Assembly (NCBI GenBank): GCA_963836755.1
Contig: CAWIKF010000001.1
Location: forward strand, 352,001 to 416,000
Source of the DNA: an uncultured Verrucomicrobiae bacterium
GTDB lineage: Bacteria > Verrucomicrobiota > Verrucomicrobiia > Chthoniobacterales > Chthoniobacteraceae
Direction of reading: 5' to 3'
DNA length: 64,000 nucleotides
Shown here in pieces: positions 21,275 through 31,347 of this stretch. Positions within the stretch are counted from its first letter, which is position 1. The number at the start of each line of letters is the position of its first letter. The translations under genes were made by a program, and so were the position numbers. The notes beneath the pieces were generated by a model that was given only the letters and a program-made list of their open reading frames with translations, was not told the origin of the DNA and searched no databases.

Positions 21275-21898
21275 ATGAAAGAAGAAATGATCCTCGTGGT
21301 GCGGCGAGCGCTGCTCGAAAAGCTCGGCATTTTCCAAGGCCTGAACTTCGACGTGGAAAAATATCTGCCGTCGCTGCTCGCGCGCGAAAACAATTTCTTC
21401 ATGCCTCGGTCGCAGGCCGAGACCGACCAGAATTTTAAACAAATCATCCCGTATGTTTTGCTCGTGCACGCGGGCAAAGTTTTGCATTACGTCCGCGGAA
21501 AAAAAGCGGGCGAGCAGCGGCTTGCGGCGAAAGGTTCCATCGGAATTGGCGGCCACATGAATGATGCGGACGAGGGACTTTTCGCGCTCGACGAGGAGGC
21601 GTATCGCGCGGGCGTGCGGCGCGAGGTTTGCGAGGAATTAAATGTGCAGACCGATTTTCAAAACCGAATCGTCGCGCTTTTGAACGACGACTCGAACGAT
21701 GTCGGCAAAGTTCATCTCGGCGTGGTGCACATTTTTCTGCTCGAGACGGACGACGTGCAAAAGCGCGAGGCAATGATCACCAACCTCGCGTTTTTTTCGC
21801 CGGAAGAACTGCGGGCGCGGCGCGATTCGATGGAAACGTGGTCGCAGATTTGTGTCGATGCGCTCGACGAACTGCTCGCGAAGGCAGCGGCGAAATAA
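21275..21898 (+). CDS. Predicted NUDIX-family phosphoesterase (COG4112-like)
   Basis: FKQIIPY, EQRL..KGSIGIGGHMN, REVCEEL, VGKVHLG, METWSQ. Confidence 0.85.
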   Translation: MKEEMILVVRRALLEKLGIFQGLNFDVEKYLPSLLARENNFFMPRSQAETDQNFKQIIPYVLLVHAGKVLHYVRGKKAGEQRLAAKGSIGIGGHMNDADEGLFALDEEAYRAGVRREVCEELNVQTDFQNRIVALLNDDSNDVGKVHLGVVHIFLLETDDVQKREAMITNLAFFSPEELRARRDSMETWSQICVDALDELLAKAAAK

Positions 21899-21940
21899 AA
21901 GCGCGCGCCGACCTTGAATGGGCCGACGCGCGCGTTGGGA

Positions 21941-22396
21941 TTATTTCGAGTAGCTGGCTTTGTCGTCGGCTTCGAGCCAGTCAAACAAAGTCGTTTTCGC
22001 GGGGTCGAGCCCGAGCGGATTGCATTGCTCGGCAAACCAATCGCGCTTCTCCGGATCGTCGTAAGGCCGTGCGGCTTCCACACTGTCGCTCCACTGCTCG
22101 ACCTCCTCGGGCGTCTTCGGCACGCCATGCGTGTCGAGCCAATACGCCAGCGCCGACTCGTCCGCGCCCGCCTCGACCTGCTCCTTGAAGTCGTCGCCGT
22201 TGACGGCTTTGAAACCGAAAAGAAAATTGTCGAGCGGGCAATCGAAATGATAGTCGCCGATTTTTCCGGCGAGGAATGCGCGGCACTTGTCGGTGGTTCG
22301 GGCGAGAATGGCGTAGCCGCCGATGCGGGTGCGCGGGCTGCGCGGGGCTTCTTTCGTGAGATCCTTTGCGGAAATGGAATTCGCGGATGTATTCAT
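21941..22396 (-). CDS. DUF5069 domain protein
   Basis: APRSPR.RIGGY..LAR..DKCRA..G.IGDYHFDCPLD...TLFDWLEADD. Confidence 0.85.
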   Translation of the reverse strand: MNTSANSISAKDLTKEAPRSPRTRIGGYAILARTTDKCRAFLAGKIGDYHFDCPLDNFLFGFKAVNGDDFKEQVEAGADESALAYWLDTHGVPKTPEEVEQWSDSVEAARPYDDPEKRDWFAEQCNPLGLDPAKTTLFDWLEADDKASYSK

Positions 22397-22445
22397 GGTA
22401 AACTCCAATCGGTCTTGCCGCCTCCGCTGCGCGTGGCGTCAAAGT

Positions 22446-22910
22446 TTACCAGGTCAGCTGCTCCGGGCTCACCTCGACCTCGATGCCGCGAAAGCGCAGA
22501 CCTGCGAGGCAAATCGCCACCGGAGCGCTGCGGGCGGTGATCGGGATCGCGCCGCCGAAGCTCGCTCGCCAGCCGCCTTTGACACTGCACAATTCCAGCG
22601 CGATCCGCGGGTCGCTGAGGCGCTCGACCACGAGCCACGCAGCTTTCAAATCTGTCGAGTAAGGACGATAGGTGCGGACTTTTACCACGTCGGCATTCTT
22701 CCAATCCACATGCGGAAAAAAGCGCTGGTAATACGGATCATGCAGCGCGGCTGTTGCTTCGCGGCGCGTTTCAAAACGGAACAGCGCGTGCGAATCCATC
22801 CATTGCACAGCGGGCTTTTCGCCAGTGATGTAATCGCCGACGAGCGCGTCCAAATCCGAAAGTGAAGCGGGGCGCAAGTGCGTGCGCCTTTCCAGCGCGG
22901 AAATCTCCAT
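22446..22910 (-). CDS. Hypothetical protein, phage ABA-sandwich (BC1872-like) domain
   Basis: LDALVG...PYSTDLKAAWLVVERL...SAPVAICLAGL. Confidence 0.65.
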   Translation of the reverse strand: MEISALERRTHLRPASLSDLDALVGDYITGEKPAVQWMDSHALFRFETRREATAALHDPYYQRFFPHVDWKNADVVKVRTYRPYSTDLKAAWLVVERLSDPRIALELCSVKGGWRASFGGAIPITARSAPVAICLAGLRFRGIEVEVSPEQLTW

Positions 22911-22980
22911 CCGCTCCAAATTTTTTACAGAAATCGTAGAAAAACAAGCCGTAAATTTGACCGGTCGTTCTTCGCTATCT

Positions 22981-23844
22981 TTACTTCACAAATTCGAGCT
23001 CGACCGGCGCCGGAATCATGCCCGCGTCGTGTGCTTCTTTCAAAAATTCATGGATCGAGCGGCGCCCGATCTCGCCGTAATCGAGCGTCATTTCATTCAC
23101 ATACATTCCGATGAATTTGTCCGCGAGCGCCGTGTCCATTCCGCGCGCAAGCGGCATGGAATGGACCACCGCGGGCGCGCGATGCTCCAGGCCGTAGCGA
23201 ATGCTCCCGTGCAAAATCTCGGAAATTTCTCGCCGGGCTTCGGGCGCGATGTCCTTGCGAATCACGTTGCCGCCAAGCGGCAGCGGCATGCCGGTTTTGA
23301 TTTTCCACCAGACACCGAGGTCGAGAATGTTCACGAAATTTTCCTGCTCATAAGTCAGTTGGCCCTCGTGAATGATCAATCCCACATCGGCGCGGTCATC
23401 GCGGACGGCGTCAAAAATTTCGTCGAACGGAACGACCATCGTGTCGCATTCGCCAATCGCGAGCCGCAGCGCGAGATACGCGCTCGTCATCAGGCCGGGC
23501 ACGGCGATGCGCCGCGCGCGCAGCCAATCGCGCACCTCGCCCATACGCGGATTTTCACTGAGCCCGTCGCGATTTTTCGCGATCAGCAACGGCCCGTAGC
23601 CATCGCCCATGCTCGCGCCGCACGGGAGCAGCGCGTATTTTTCCAGCACGTAAGCGTAGGCGTGGATCGAGATCGCCGTGATGTCTAGTTCGCCACGTGT
23701 CGCACGTTCGTTTAACGTCTGAATGTCCTGCAGGATGTGCTCAAAGCGGTAGCCGCGCGTGTCGATTTTGTGCTCCGCCAGCGCGTAAAACATAAAGGCG
23801 TCGTCGGGGTCGGGCGAATGCCCGAGCGTGTAAATTTTTGACAT
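22981..23844 (-). CDS. mqnD: 1,4-dihydroxy-6-naphthoate synthase (futalosine pathway)
   Basis: LGHSPDPDDAFMFYAL, GASMGDGYGP, IIHEGQLTY, PLPLGGN, MYVN. Confidence 0.92.
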   Translation of the reverse strand: MSKIYTLGHSPDPDDAFMFYALAEHKIDTRGYRFEHILQDIQTLNERATRGELDITAISIHAYAYVLEKYALLPCGASMGDGYGPLLIAKNRDGLSENPRMGEVRDWLRARRIAVPGLMTSAYLALRLAIGECDTMVVPFDEIFDAVRDDRADVGLIIHEGQLTYEQENFVNILDLGVWWKIKTGMPLPLGGNVIRKDIAPEARREISEILHGSIRYGLEHRAPAVVHSMPLARGMDTALADKFIGMYVNEMTLDYGEIGRRSIHEFLKEAHDAGMIPAPVELEFVK

Positions 23845-23933
23845 CGATTTCACAGCTACGGCGCGCTGCGCGGCAGCGCCAGAAAAAACTCCGCAGCTTG
23901 TCAGCGCACGCGGCCGCGGCTTAGCTTCGCCGC

Positions 23934-24761
23934 GTGCTTTTTCACGCGCCGGCCAAGGTCAATCTCTCGCTCGAGATCCGCGGGAAACGCACCGACGGCT
24001 TTCACGAAATCGAAAGCCTCTTTGTCCCGATCACGCTCGCCGATGCGCTGACGATCGCGCCGGCCGACGATTTTTCCTTCACGTGCGATCGGCCGGACGT
24101 TCCATCCGACGACACCAATCTCGTCGTCCGCGCCGCGCGCCTTTTTTTTGCAGAAGTAAAAATGGAGCCGCGCATTCGTATTGCCCTCGTCAAAAAAATC
24201 CCACACGGCGCCGGGCTCGGCGGCGGCAGCAGCGATGCGGCGAGCACATTGCTCGCGCTCGACAAAATGTTCGGCACGAAACTGGGGAAATCCGCTCTTG
24301 GCGAAATGGCGGCAAAGTTGGGCTCTGACGTCCCGTTTTTCATCCACCGCAGCGCGGCGGTCTGTCGCGGGCGCGGTGAGATCGTCACGCCGAGCGATTT
24401 CGCGGAAAAACTTCCGCTGCTATTAATAAAGCCGCCGTTTCCCGTGCCGACGCCGTGGGCTTACCAGCATTGGGCCGGCGCGCGCCAGCTGCCGAGCGTC
24501 ACGTATGCGTCGCAGGAATTTCCGTGGGGCCGCCTCGTCAACGATCTCGAGCGTCCGGTTTTCGAGAAATACATCATGCTCGCCGCGCTCAAGCAATGGC
24601 TCCTCGCGCAGCCCGAAACCGCCGGTGCGCTGCTCTCCGGCTCCGGTTCGACGGTGTTCGCTGTGCTGCGCGACGCAGCCGACGCCGTCGTGCTCAGTGA
24701 GAAAGCGCGTGCGGAATTTGGCGAAACTCTTTGGACCTGCGCGGTTGAAACTGCATCGTAA
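23934..24761 (+). CDS. ispE: 4-diphosphocytidyl-2-C-methyl-D-erythritol kinase
   Basis: APAKVNLSL, KKIPHGAGLGGGSSDAA, LGSDVPFF, LSGSGSTVF. Confidence 0.97.
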   Translation: MLFHAPAKVNLSLEIRGKRTDGFHEIESLFVPITLADALTIAPADDFSFTCDRPDVPSDDTNLVVRAARLFFAEVKMEPRIRIALVKKIPHGAGLGGGSSDAASTLLALDKMFGTKLGKSALGEMAAKLGSDVPFFIHRSAAVCRGRGEIVTPSDFAEKLPLLLIKPPFPVPTPWAYQHWAGARQLPSVTYASQEFPWGRLVNDLERPVFEKYIMLAALKQWLLAQPETAGALLSGSGSTVFAVLRDAADAVVLSEKARAEFGETLWTCAVETAS

Positions 24762-24773
24762 ACTACGCCGGCC

Positions 24774-25946
24774 TCAAATCACTTCCCCGGTGGCGTGACC
24801 CGACGCCCAAGCCCATTGGAAATTGTAGCCGCCCAGCCAGCCAGTCACGTCCACGACTTCGCCGATGAAAAAAAGTCCGCGCACGTCGCGCGCCTCCATC
24901 GTCTTTGACGACAGCCCGCGCGTCTCCACGCCGCCGAGCGTCACCTCCGCTTTCGCGTAACCTTCACTCGCAGGAAAATTGACGCGCCACCGGTTCAGCG
25001 CCGCGCCGATCTCGCGCAGCTGCTGCATTTTGAAATGCGAAAGCGTCCGCGCGCCAGCCCACCGCGCGGCCCACGCGTCGGCGAAACGGCGCGGCCAATG
25101 TCGGCTCAGAAGTGCGGCGAGCGTAATTGATTCGCGCTGGTGCTCGAGCAGCCAATCGGTGCCGTCAAGGTTCGGTAAAAGATCGATCTCGAGCGCATCG
25201 CCATCGCGCCAAAAGGAGGATATTTGCAGGATCGCCGGGCCGCTGAGCCCGCGATGAGTGACGAGAATATTTTCGCGAAAACTTTGGCTGCCGTGGCGCG
25301 CGACAGCGTCGAGCGAGACGCCGCTGAGCGGGCCGAACGTGGCAAGATCGCTGTTGTGAAATTTCAGCGGAACGAGCGCCGGGCGCAGCTCGGTGACGCC
25401 GAGCCCGAACTGCCGCGCGAGCCGATGGCCGAAATCGGTCGCGCCGGTTTTCGCGAAGGAAAGTCCGCCCGTGGCGACGACGAGCGATGCGGCGTCAAAG
25501 TTGCCGGCAGTCGTCTCGACGGTGAATCGCGCCGCGTGCCGCACATCGCGAACCTGACAGCCGTGGCGGATTTCGACGCCGGCCGCGGCGCATTCGGCTA
25601 GGAGCATGTCGATGATCTGCCGCGCGCTGCCGTCGCAAAAAAGTTGCCCGAGTTTTTTCTCGTGCCACGCGATTCCGTGCCGCTCGACGAGCGCGAGAAA
25701 ATCGGCCGGCGTGTAGCGGGCGAGCGCGGATTTGCAGAAATCGGGATTCGCAGAGAGATAATTTTCTGGCGAGGTGTGCGCGTTTGTAAAGTTGCAGCGC
25801 CCGCCGCCGGAGATCGCGATCTTGCGCCCGATTTGCGCCGCGTGCTCGATCACCAGCACGCGCCGGCCGCGCTGCCCGGCCGTGAGCGCGCACATCAGCC
25901 CCGCCGCGCCCGCGCCAAGAATGATGGCGTCAAAGTTCGTGCTCAC
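24774..25946 (-). CDS. HI0933/BaiN (YhiN-like) flavoprotein
   Basis: GAGAAG, GRKIAISGGGRCNFTN, AEVTLGGV, GEVVDVTGWLGGYNFQWAWASG. Confidence 0.95.
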   Translation of the reverse strand: MSTNFDAIILGAGAAGLMCALTAGQRGRRVLVIEHAAQIGRKIAISGGGRCNFTNAHTSPENYLSANPDFCKSALARYTPADFLALVERHGIAWHEKKLGQLFCDGSARQIIDMLLAECAAAGVEIRHGCQVRDVRHAARFTVETTAGNFDAASLVVATGGLSFAKTGATDFGHRLARQFGLGVTELRPALVPLKFHNSDLATFGPLSGVSLDAVARHGSQSFRENILVTHRGLSGPAILQISSFWRDGDALEIDLLPNLDGTDWLLEHQRESITLAALLSRHWPRRFADAWAARWAGARTLSHFKMQQLREIGAALNRWRVNFPASEGYAKAEVTLGGVETRGLSSKTMEARDVRGLFFIGEVVDVTGWLGGYNFQWAWASGHATGEVI

Positions 25947-26488
25947 GCTCGCGGATTCCCCAGCTGCCGCAACAGCGCGGTGCGAGCGGATGGCAGCCGA
26001 CCGAATGCGCGCCCGATCGCGACGGCGGGAGTGATGCCGGCCTGGCCGTGAATGCCGATGAGCCGCACGAGTTCGCTTTCAAAGTGCAGCAGCGCGCGCG
26101 GCGTCGGTTCGCCGTTGTTTAAATAAACGAAAGCGCGTCGCAGCAGGTCGTAAAGCTCCGGCGCAGCGTGCTCCGGCTCGGTCACGAGCTCGATCAGCTC
26201 CACGAAATACGCCGCGAGCTGCGTCCGCGCGTATCGCTCGCGGAGCCCGGCGAACGGCTCGCGGAGCACCGCCTCTTTCAAAATGTGCAGGTCGCTTTTT
26301 CGACTCCGCACCCACTGGATTTCCACGTCGAAAAACAGGTCGAGCTTTCCAGTGAAAACGCTCTTCGGACGGCGCGCGCCTTTCGCGACCGTCTTGATTT
26401 TTCCATGGCGCTCGCTGAGCCAGGTCACGATGAGGCTCGTCTCCGAGAGCAAAGTTTTGCGCAGCAAAATGGCGGCAGTCGTTTCCAA
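25943..26488 (-). CDS. recO: DNA repair protein RecO (short form)
   Basis: ETSLIVTWLS..HGKIKTVAKGARRPKS.F.GKLDLF. Confidence 0.92.
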   Translation of the reverse strand: METTAAILLRKTLLSETSLIVTWLSERHGKIKTVAKGARRPKSVFTGKLDLFFDVEIQWVRSRKSDLHILKEAVLREPFAGLRERYARTQLAAYFVELIELVTEPEHAAPELYDLLRRAFVYLNNGEPTPRALLHFESELVRLIGIHGQAGITPAVAIGRAFGRLPSARTALLRQLGNPRA

Positions 26489-26571
26489 GGCGTTAACGTT
26501 TTGCGCAGGCGCGGAAGATTTTTGCGAAAGGGCTTCGCCTCCAGCGCCGCATTACTGCCATACTCGTTTCC

Positions 26572-26892
26572 ATGAGCGAGGAAAACAAAACAGCAGGCGC
26601 GGAAAATCCACCGCAGATCGACCAGACGAATTTGAAGAGCACCTACGCGAATGTGTGCCGCATCGCGCAGACGCCGAACGAAGTCATCATCGACTTCGGC
26701 ATGAATCCAAACTTTTTTGGCACCGTGCTCGACGAGCCGCTGCGGCTCGAGCAGCGCATCATCATGTCGCACGACGCGGCGAAGCGGCTCAGCCTGCACC
26801 TGCTCGGCACGATCCAAAGCTACGAGGCAAAATACGGCGTTATTGAGCTTGATGTCGCAAAACGGCTGCGCGAACATCCGCCCGCGAAATAA
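26572..26892 (+). CDS. DUF3467 family protein
   Basis: STYANV...TPNEVIIDFG...RIIMS...AKRL...YEAKYGVI. Confidence 0.85.
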   Translation: MSEENKTAGAENPPQIDQTNLKSTYANVCRIAQTPNEVIIDFGMNPNFFGTVLDEPLRLEQRIIMSHDAAKRLSLHLLGTIQSYEAKYGVIELDVAKRLREHPPAK

Positions 26893-26911
26893 CAGCGGAG
26901 ATTTAAAATTC

Positions 26912-27700
26912 ATGTTGCCACTGGGTGGGGAGGTTTTTCCAAAGGCGGGAGCGGAACTCGAGGACGCGCTGCGCGCAGGACTCGCGATTTTTCGCGCACC
27001 GGAGTTGCGCGTGAAAGTGCGCGGCGAATGGCCCGCGCTCGATGAAATTGCGCTTGATCTCTCCGGCGGCCATGCGCCGGGAAAGCCGATGGCATCAGGC
27101 GTCGCAGGCGATGGAGTAAAAATCTCTGCGCGCGAGCTTTCGCTTTTGGCGAAGCCGTTGCACTATGAAAACGCAGCGGTAGAAATCGAGATTCGCGTGC
27201 GTGACGCGCAGTTGGAATTTCAAGGCGGCGCGCAAAACTCGCTCGCCATCACCGCCGCGGAATCGGGCGAAGTGAGGGTGAAGATGGCGCGCGCGGAGCT
27301 GGAGAGATTGATTCAAACGCTCGCCGGCCGCGCGGCCGCGGAACATGGCGTCACGATCGAGCGGACGAACCTGCGCGTGAATTCCGCCGGGCCGCGCGCG
27401 GCCGATTTCATGGGCGAAGTGATCGCGCAAAAGTTGTTTATGAAAACCGTGGTGCGTGTGCTTGGCCGCTTGGAAATCGACGAGCGGCTCAATGCGCGTT
27501 TGTCGAATTTGAGATGCGAAGGGAGCGGAATGATTGGCGGGCTCGCGTGCGGTTTTTTAAAACCGCACATCGCGCGTTTTGAAAATCGAACGATGGCGCT
27601 CGCAGAGTTCGCGCTGGGCGATCTGCGCGTGCTCGATGTGGCGCTGAGCGCAGACGAGCCGCTCTGCGTGCACGCGAAGATCGGCGCCGCTACTTCGTAG
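26912..27700 (+). CDS. Hypothetical protein (possible LmeA/TULIP-like lipid-binding fold)
   Basis: 262-aa ORF with host-like codon use; alternating amphipathic helix and beta strands. Confidence 0.6.
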   Translation: MLPLGGEVFPKAGAELEDALRAGLAIFRAPELRVKVRGEWPALDEIALDLSGGHAPGKPMASGVAGDGVKISARELSLLAKPLHYENAAVEIEIRVRDAQLEFQGGAQNSLAITAAESGEVRVKMARAELERLIQTLAGRAAAEHGVTIERTNLRVNSAGPRAADFMGEVIAQKLFMKTVVRVLGRLEIDERLNARLSNLRCEGSGMIGGLACGFLKPHIARFENRTMALAEFALGDLRVLDVALSADEPLCVHAKIGAATS

Positions 27701-29855
27701 TGCTCGCGGTTTTCGGCGCGCGCGAAAGTTCGATGAGGTCGCCGAGAATGTTCAGCGATTCATTGCGCACTGGATCGACTTCCGGCTTTTTCGGGCCGAG
27801 CGCCTCTTCGTCATCATTGCCGTCGTCCGCCGCGGCGCCCTCGTCGACGGATGCGGGCTTGTCGTTTTTGACGAGCTGCAATTGCGGCTGCGAAAGATTT
27901 TCGAGCGTGACGTCGTAAACTTTTTGATCCGGCTGCGGATGCTTCGCGCGCTCGGCGATGCGCTTGTCGTGTTTTGCTTTTTCGGACGCGAGTTCCGCGC
28001 GCCGCGTCTTTTCGTTGAGCGAGATTTGATTCGATGCGAGGCGTTCTTTGATCACGTTCAAATCGGCCGAGATCCAGCGGAATTCCTCATCCGCGCCGAC
28101 GCGCGCCGTGCTGCGCATTTTCAACTCACGCAGGAAAAGCGGATGGTCGGTGACTTTGTCGAACTGCGCGGCCGGGACTTCGTCGTAAGGCATCGGGCCC
28201 TTGAGCGAAACTTCGCCAATCTCCGGATGATCGTAAGGCGAGGGGAGCCGGACGTCGGAGATGACGCCGCGCAATTGCGTGCTGCCGCCAGCGACGCGGT
28301 AGAATTTTTGAATCGTCAATTTCAGCGCGCCGGCATCGTTTGAATCGCTGCCGAGGAATGGAATGAAACGGCCAATCTCAAGCATCGTCTGGACGGTGCC
28401 TTTGCCGAAAGTGCTTTGGTCGCCGACGATGACCGCGCGGCCATAATCCTGCAGCGCCGCGGCGAAAATTTCGCTCGCCGATGCGCTGAGCCGGTTGCAG
28501 AGCACGATCATCGGGCCGTCGTAAGCGATGGACGGATCGCGATCGCGCGAGATGTGGATGTTGCCGTTGGCGTCCTTCGCCTGCACGACCGGGCCTTTTT
28601 TAATGAAGAGGCCGGTGAGGTTCACCGCTTCCTCGAGCGAGCCGCCGCCGTTGCGCCGGAGGTCCATCACGAGGCCGCTGATATTCTCTTGCTTCAGTTT
28701 GTTGATCAAAGCGAGCACGTCCTTCGTGGTGCTTTTCGCACCTTTCGCGCCGCTGTGTTCCATGTCGGCATAAAACGACGGGAGCGTGATCCAGCCGAGC
28801 CGCTGCGGCGCGCCGCCGTTCGGGTTTTCGCGCTCGATGATTTCCGCTTTCGCTTCCTGGTCCTTTAATTTGATCTCATCGCGCACGATCTCGATGATCT
28901 TGCGAGCGGATGGATCGGTGGAGCGAGCGGGGACGACTTGCAGCCGCACCGTCGTCCCTTTTTTGCCGCGAATCATTTCCACGACTTTGTCGAGTTTCAT
29001 CCCGACGCAATCGACAAATTCGGCATTGCCCTGCGCGACGGCGCTGACGCGGTCGCCGACTTTTAAGTGCCCCTCGGATTGCGCGGGACCGCCGGGGACG
29101 AGCTCCATGATTTTCGCGTAACCTTCCTCGCTGTGGAGCACGGCGCCGATGCCGACGAGCGAGAGGCGCATGTTGATGCTGAAATTTTCGAGCTCGGATT
29201 TGCTCATGTATTCCGAGTGCGGGTCGTAGGTCTGCGCGAGCGTGGTGAGGAAAGTTTTGACGACATCCTCGTGCGTCTGCTCGTGGAGATTGCGCAGGAG
29301 CTGGTCGTAACGGCGCGTGAGCACTTTCACGGGCGGATCGATCGGATGCTCGCTCAATTTTTCCTGCAAAAATTCGCCTTTCACGCGCTCATACCAGAGC
29401 TTGTCGGCATCGGCGTCATCCTTCGGCCACGGCGCTTTCTGGCGGTTGATCTCGATCGATTCGTTCGTTGTGAAATCAAAGTTTTGCTTGAGCAATTCCT
29501 TCACTTTCGCGACGCGCTCCTCGACGCGCTTCGCATACAAGTTGTAGATGTCGAACGCCGGTGCCGGGTTGCCGAGCAGGATGTCGTCATCGAGCACGGT
29601 CGCGTATTTCGCGGTGAAGGCATCGACATCCTTCTGCGTGAAAAAGAGATGATTGTAGTCGAGCATCTCGAGGTAGTTTTTTAGAAGCTGCCGCGAAAGG
29701 TCGTCGTCGAGTTTGCGCTTCGAATAATGCCCCTGCTCGAGGAGGCGGCCGACTGAGATGCAAATCTGGCCGGGATCGGGTTGGTCATCGGCGCGGACGG
29801 TGAAAATGGCGCAGCTCAGAACCAGCGCGAGTGACAACAGTTTGATCGGCTTCAT
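27690..29855 (-). CDS. prc: Carboxy-terminal processing protease (S41A, Prc/Tsp)
   Basis: Signal peptide, YDPHSEY, PDZ GIGAVL, DLRRNGGG, SASASEI, GKGTVQ. Confidence 0.95.
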   Translation of the reverse strand: MKPIKLLSLALVLSCAIFTVRADDQPDPGQICISVGRLLEQGHYSKRKLDDDLSRQLLKNYLEMLDYNHLFFTQKDVDAFTAKYATVLDDDILLGNPAPAFDIYNLYAKRVEERVAKVKELLKQNFDFTTNESIEINRQKAPWPKDDADADKLWYERVKGEFLQEKLSEHPIDPPVKVLTRRYDQLLRNLHEQTHEDVVKTFLTTLAQTYDPHSEYMSKSELENFSINMRLSLVGIGAVLHSEEGYAKIMELVPGGPAQSEGHLKVGDRVSAVAQGNAEFVDCVGMKLDKVVEMIRGKKGTTVRLQVVPARSTDPSARKIIEIVRDEIKLKDQEAKAEIIERENPNGGAPQRLGWITLPSFYADMEHSGAKGAKSTTKDVLALINKLKQENISGLVMDLRRNGGGSLEEAVNLTGLFIKKGPVVQAKDANGNIHISRDRDPSIAYDGPMIVLCNRLSASASEIFAAALQDYGRAVIVGDQSTFGKGTVQTMLEIGRFIPFLGSDSNDAGALKLTIQKFYRVAGGSTQLRGVISDVRLPSPYDHPEIGEVSLKGPMPYDEVPAAQFDKVTDHPLFLRELKMRSTARVGADEEFRWISADLNVIKERLASNQISLNEKTRRAELASEKAKHDKRIAERAKHPQPDQKVYDVTLENLSQPQLQLVKNDKPASVDEGAAADDGNDDEEALGPKKPEVDPVRNESLNILGDLIELSRAPKTASTTK

Positions 29856-30025
29856 TGATTGAAAAAGGCTTTGCAAAGTGACAGATGCGTCGCGAAAAGC
29901 AAATGCGGCCTGCGCTGCATGCGCGCCTTTAATCGGCGAGGCTTAGTGGCGGAAAGAATCTGGCAGCACGTTCGACCGCGCACCTGCTTTCCCCGTTCAA
30001 ACGTTCGCGAAAGCAGCGGAAAAAA

Positions 30026-31216
30026 TCAGCGCCGCCGCCGTCCGCCCGCGCGCCGGGGCGCAGGTTTCGCGGCGCCGCCGTCAAACAGCGCGGTGTAGAG
30101 ATAATTGAAGCCGTCGAGTTTGATCCGCGGAATTTTTTGCGCGATGAAATGCTCGATGGCGCGGACGTGATCGACGTCTTCGCCCGTGAAAAGCGTGAAG
30201 GCGTCGCCAACATTTTGCGCGCGCCCGGTGCGGCCGATGCGGTGGACGTAGTCCTCGGGATGCTGCGGCACGTCATAATTAATGACGTGGCTGACGCCCT
30301 GCACGTCGATGCCGCGCGCGGCGATGTCGGTCGCGACCATCACTTCGTATTTGCCGGACTTGAAACCCTCGAGCGCCTCGATCCGCTCGCGCTGAGTGCG
30401 GTTCGAATGAAGCACTGCGACGGCGTGGCGGGCTTCTTTTAGCTTCGCGGCGATTTTATCTGCGCCAAATTTTGTGCGACAAAAAATCAGCACGCTGTCG
30501 TAATTTGTTTTCGCGAGCAGCATCGCCAGCAGATCAAACTTCTGGTCCCGCGCCACCGGATACAACGCGTGCGTGATCGTCTCCGCCGGCGAGCGGCGCG
30601 CGCCGATCTCGATGATTTCCGGCTCGGGCTTGAGGATCCATTTCGTCAGCCGCTCGATTTCCGGCGGCAGCGTCGCGGAGAAAAATAACGTCTGCCGCTC
30701 TCTCGGGCAGCGCTCGACGATTTTCCGCACTTGCGGCAGGAAACCCATGTCGAGCATGCGATCGACTTCATCGAGGACGAGGATCTCGATGCCGCCGAGG
30801 TTCGCGAGTCCCTGCTCGATCAGGTCGATCAATCGGCCCGGCGTCGCGACGAGCACATCGACGCCTTGTTTTAGCATCTGTTTTTGATTGCCGAAACCGA
30901 CGCCGCCGTAAACGACACCGACCTGCATGTTTGAAAATCGCGCGTAATCGCGAAAGGCCGTCTCCACCTGCGCCGCGAGCTCGCGCGTCGGCTCGAGGAC
31001 GAGGCAGCGCATCCCGCCGTGTTTTTTCAAAAGCGTCAGGATCGGCAGCGCGAATGCCGCCGTCTTGCCCGTTCCCGTCTGCGCGGAGCCGATCAAATCT
31101 TTGCCCGCGAGGACGAGCGGAAAAGCGCGAAGCTGGATCGGCGTCGGATCCGAGTAACCCATCGATTGGACGCCCTGCAGAACTTCGTCCGATAAACCTA
31201 AATCTTTAAATGACAT
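30026..31216 (-). CDS. DEAD-box RNA helicase (RhlE-like)
   Basis: Q motif PTPIQ, AQTGTGKT, PTRELA, DEVD, SAT, HRIGRTGR. Confidence 0.96.
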   Translation of the reverse strand: MSFKDLGLSDEVLQGVQSMGYSDPTPIQLRAFPLVLAGKDLIGSAQTGTGKTAAFALPILTLLKKHGGMRCLVLEPTRELAAQVETAFRDYARFSNMQVGVVYGGVGFGNQKQMLKQGVDVLVATPGRLIDLIEQGLANLGGIEILVLDEVDRMLDMGFLPQVRKIVERCPRERQTLFFSATLPPEIERLTKWILKPEPEIIEIGARRSPAETITHALYPVARDQKFDLLAMLLAKTNYDSVLIFCRTKFGADKIAAKLKEARHAVAVLHSNRTQRERIEALEGFKSGKYEVMVATDIAARGIDVQGVSHVINYDVPQHPEDYVHRIGRTGRAQNVGDAFTLFTGEDVDHVRAIEHFIAQKIPRIKLDGFNYLYTALFDGGAAKPAPRRAGGRRRR

Positions 31217-31347
31217 CCGGCACCGTAACGTGCTTGCGATGTGAAAAACAACTGTTTTCGGTTGCCTTGTGGCACGGGATATGTTCCCTTCCACCCGTTC
31301 GCACTCGGTCCCACGCGATCACTCACGAAACCAGCCTCAACTCACTC

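Noticed and set aside
22446..22919. Prophage
   Set aside because: Only one phage-like domain; no integrase, structural genes or att sites
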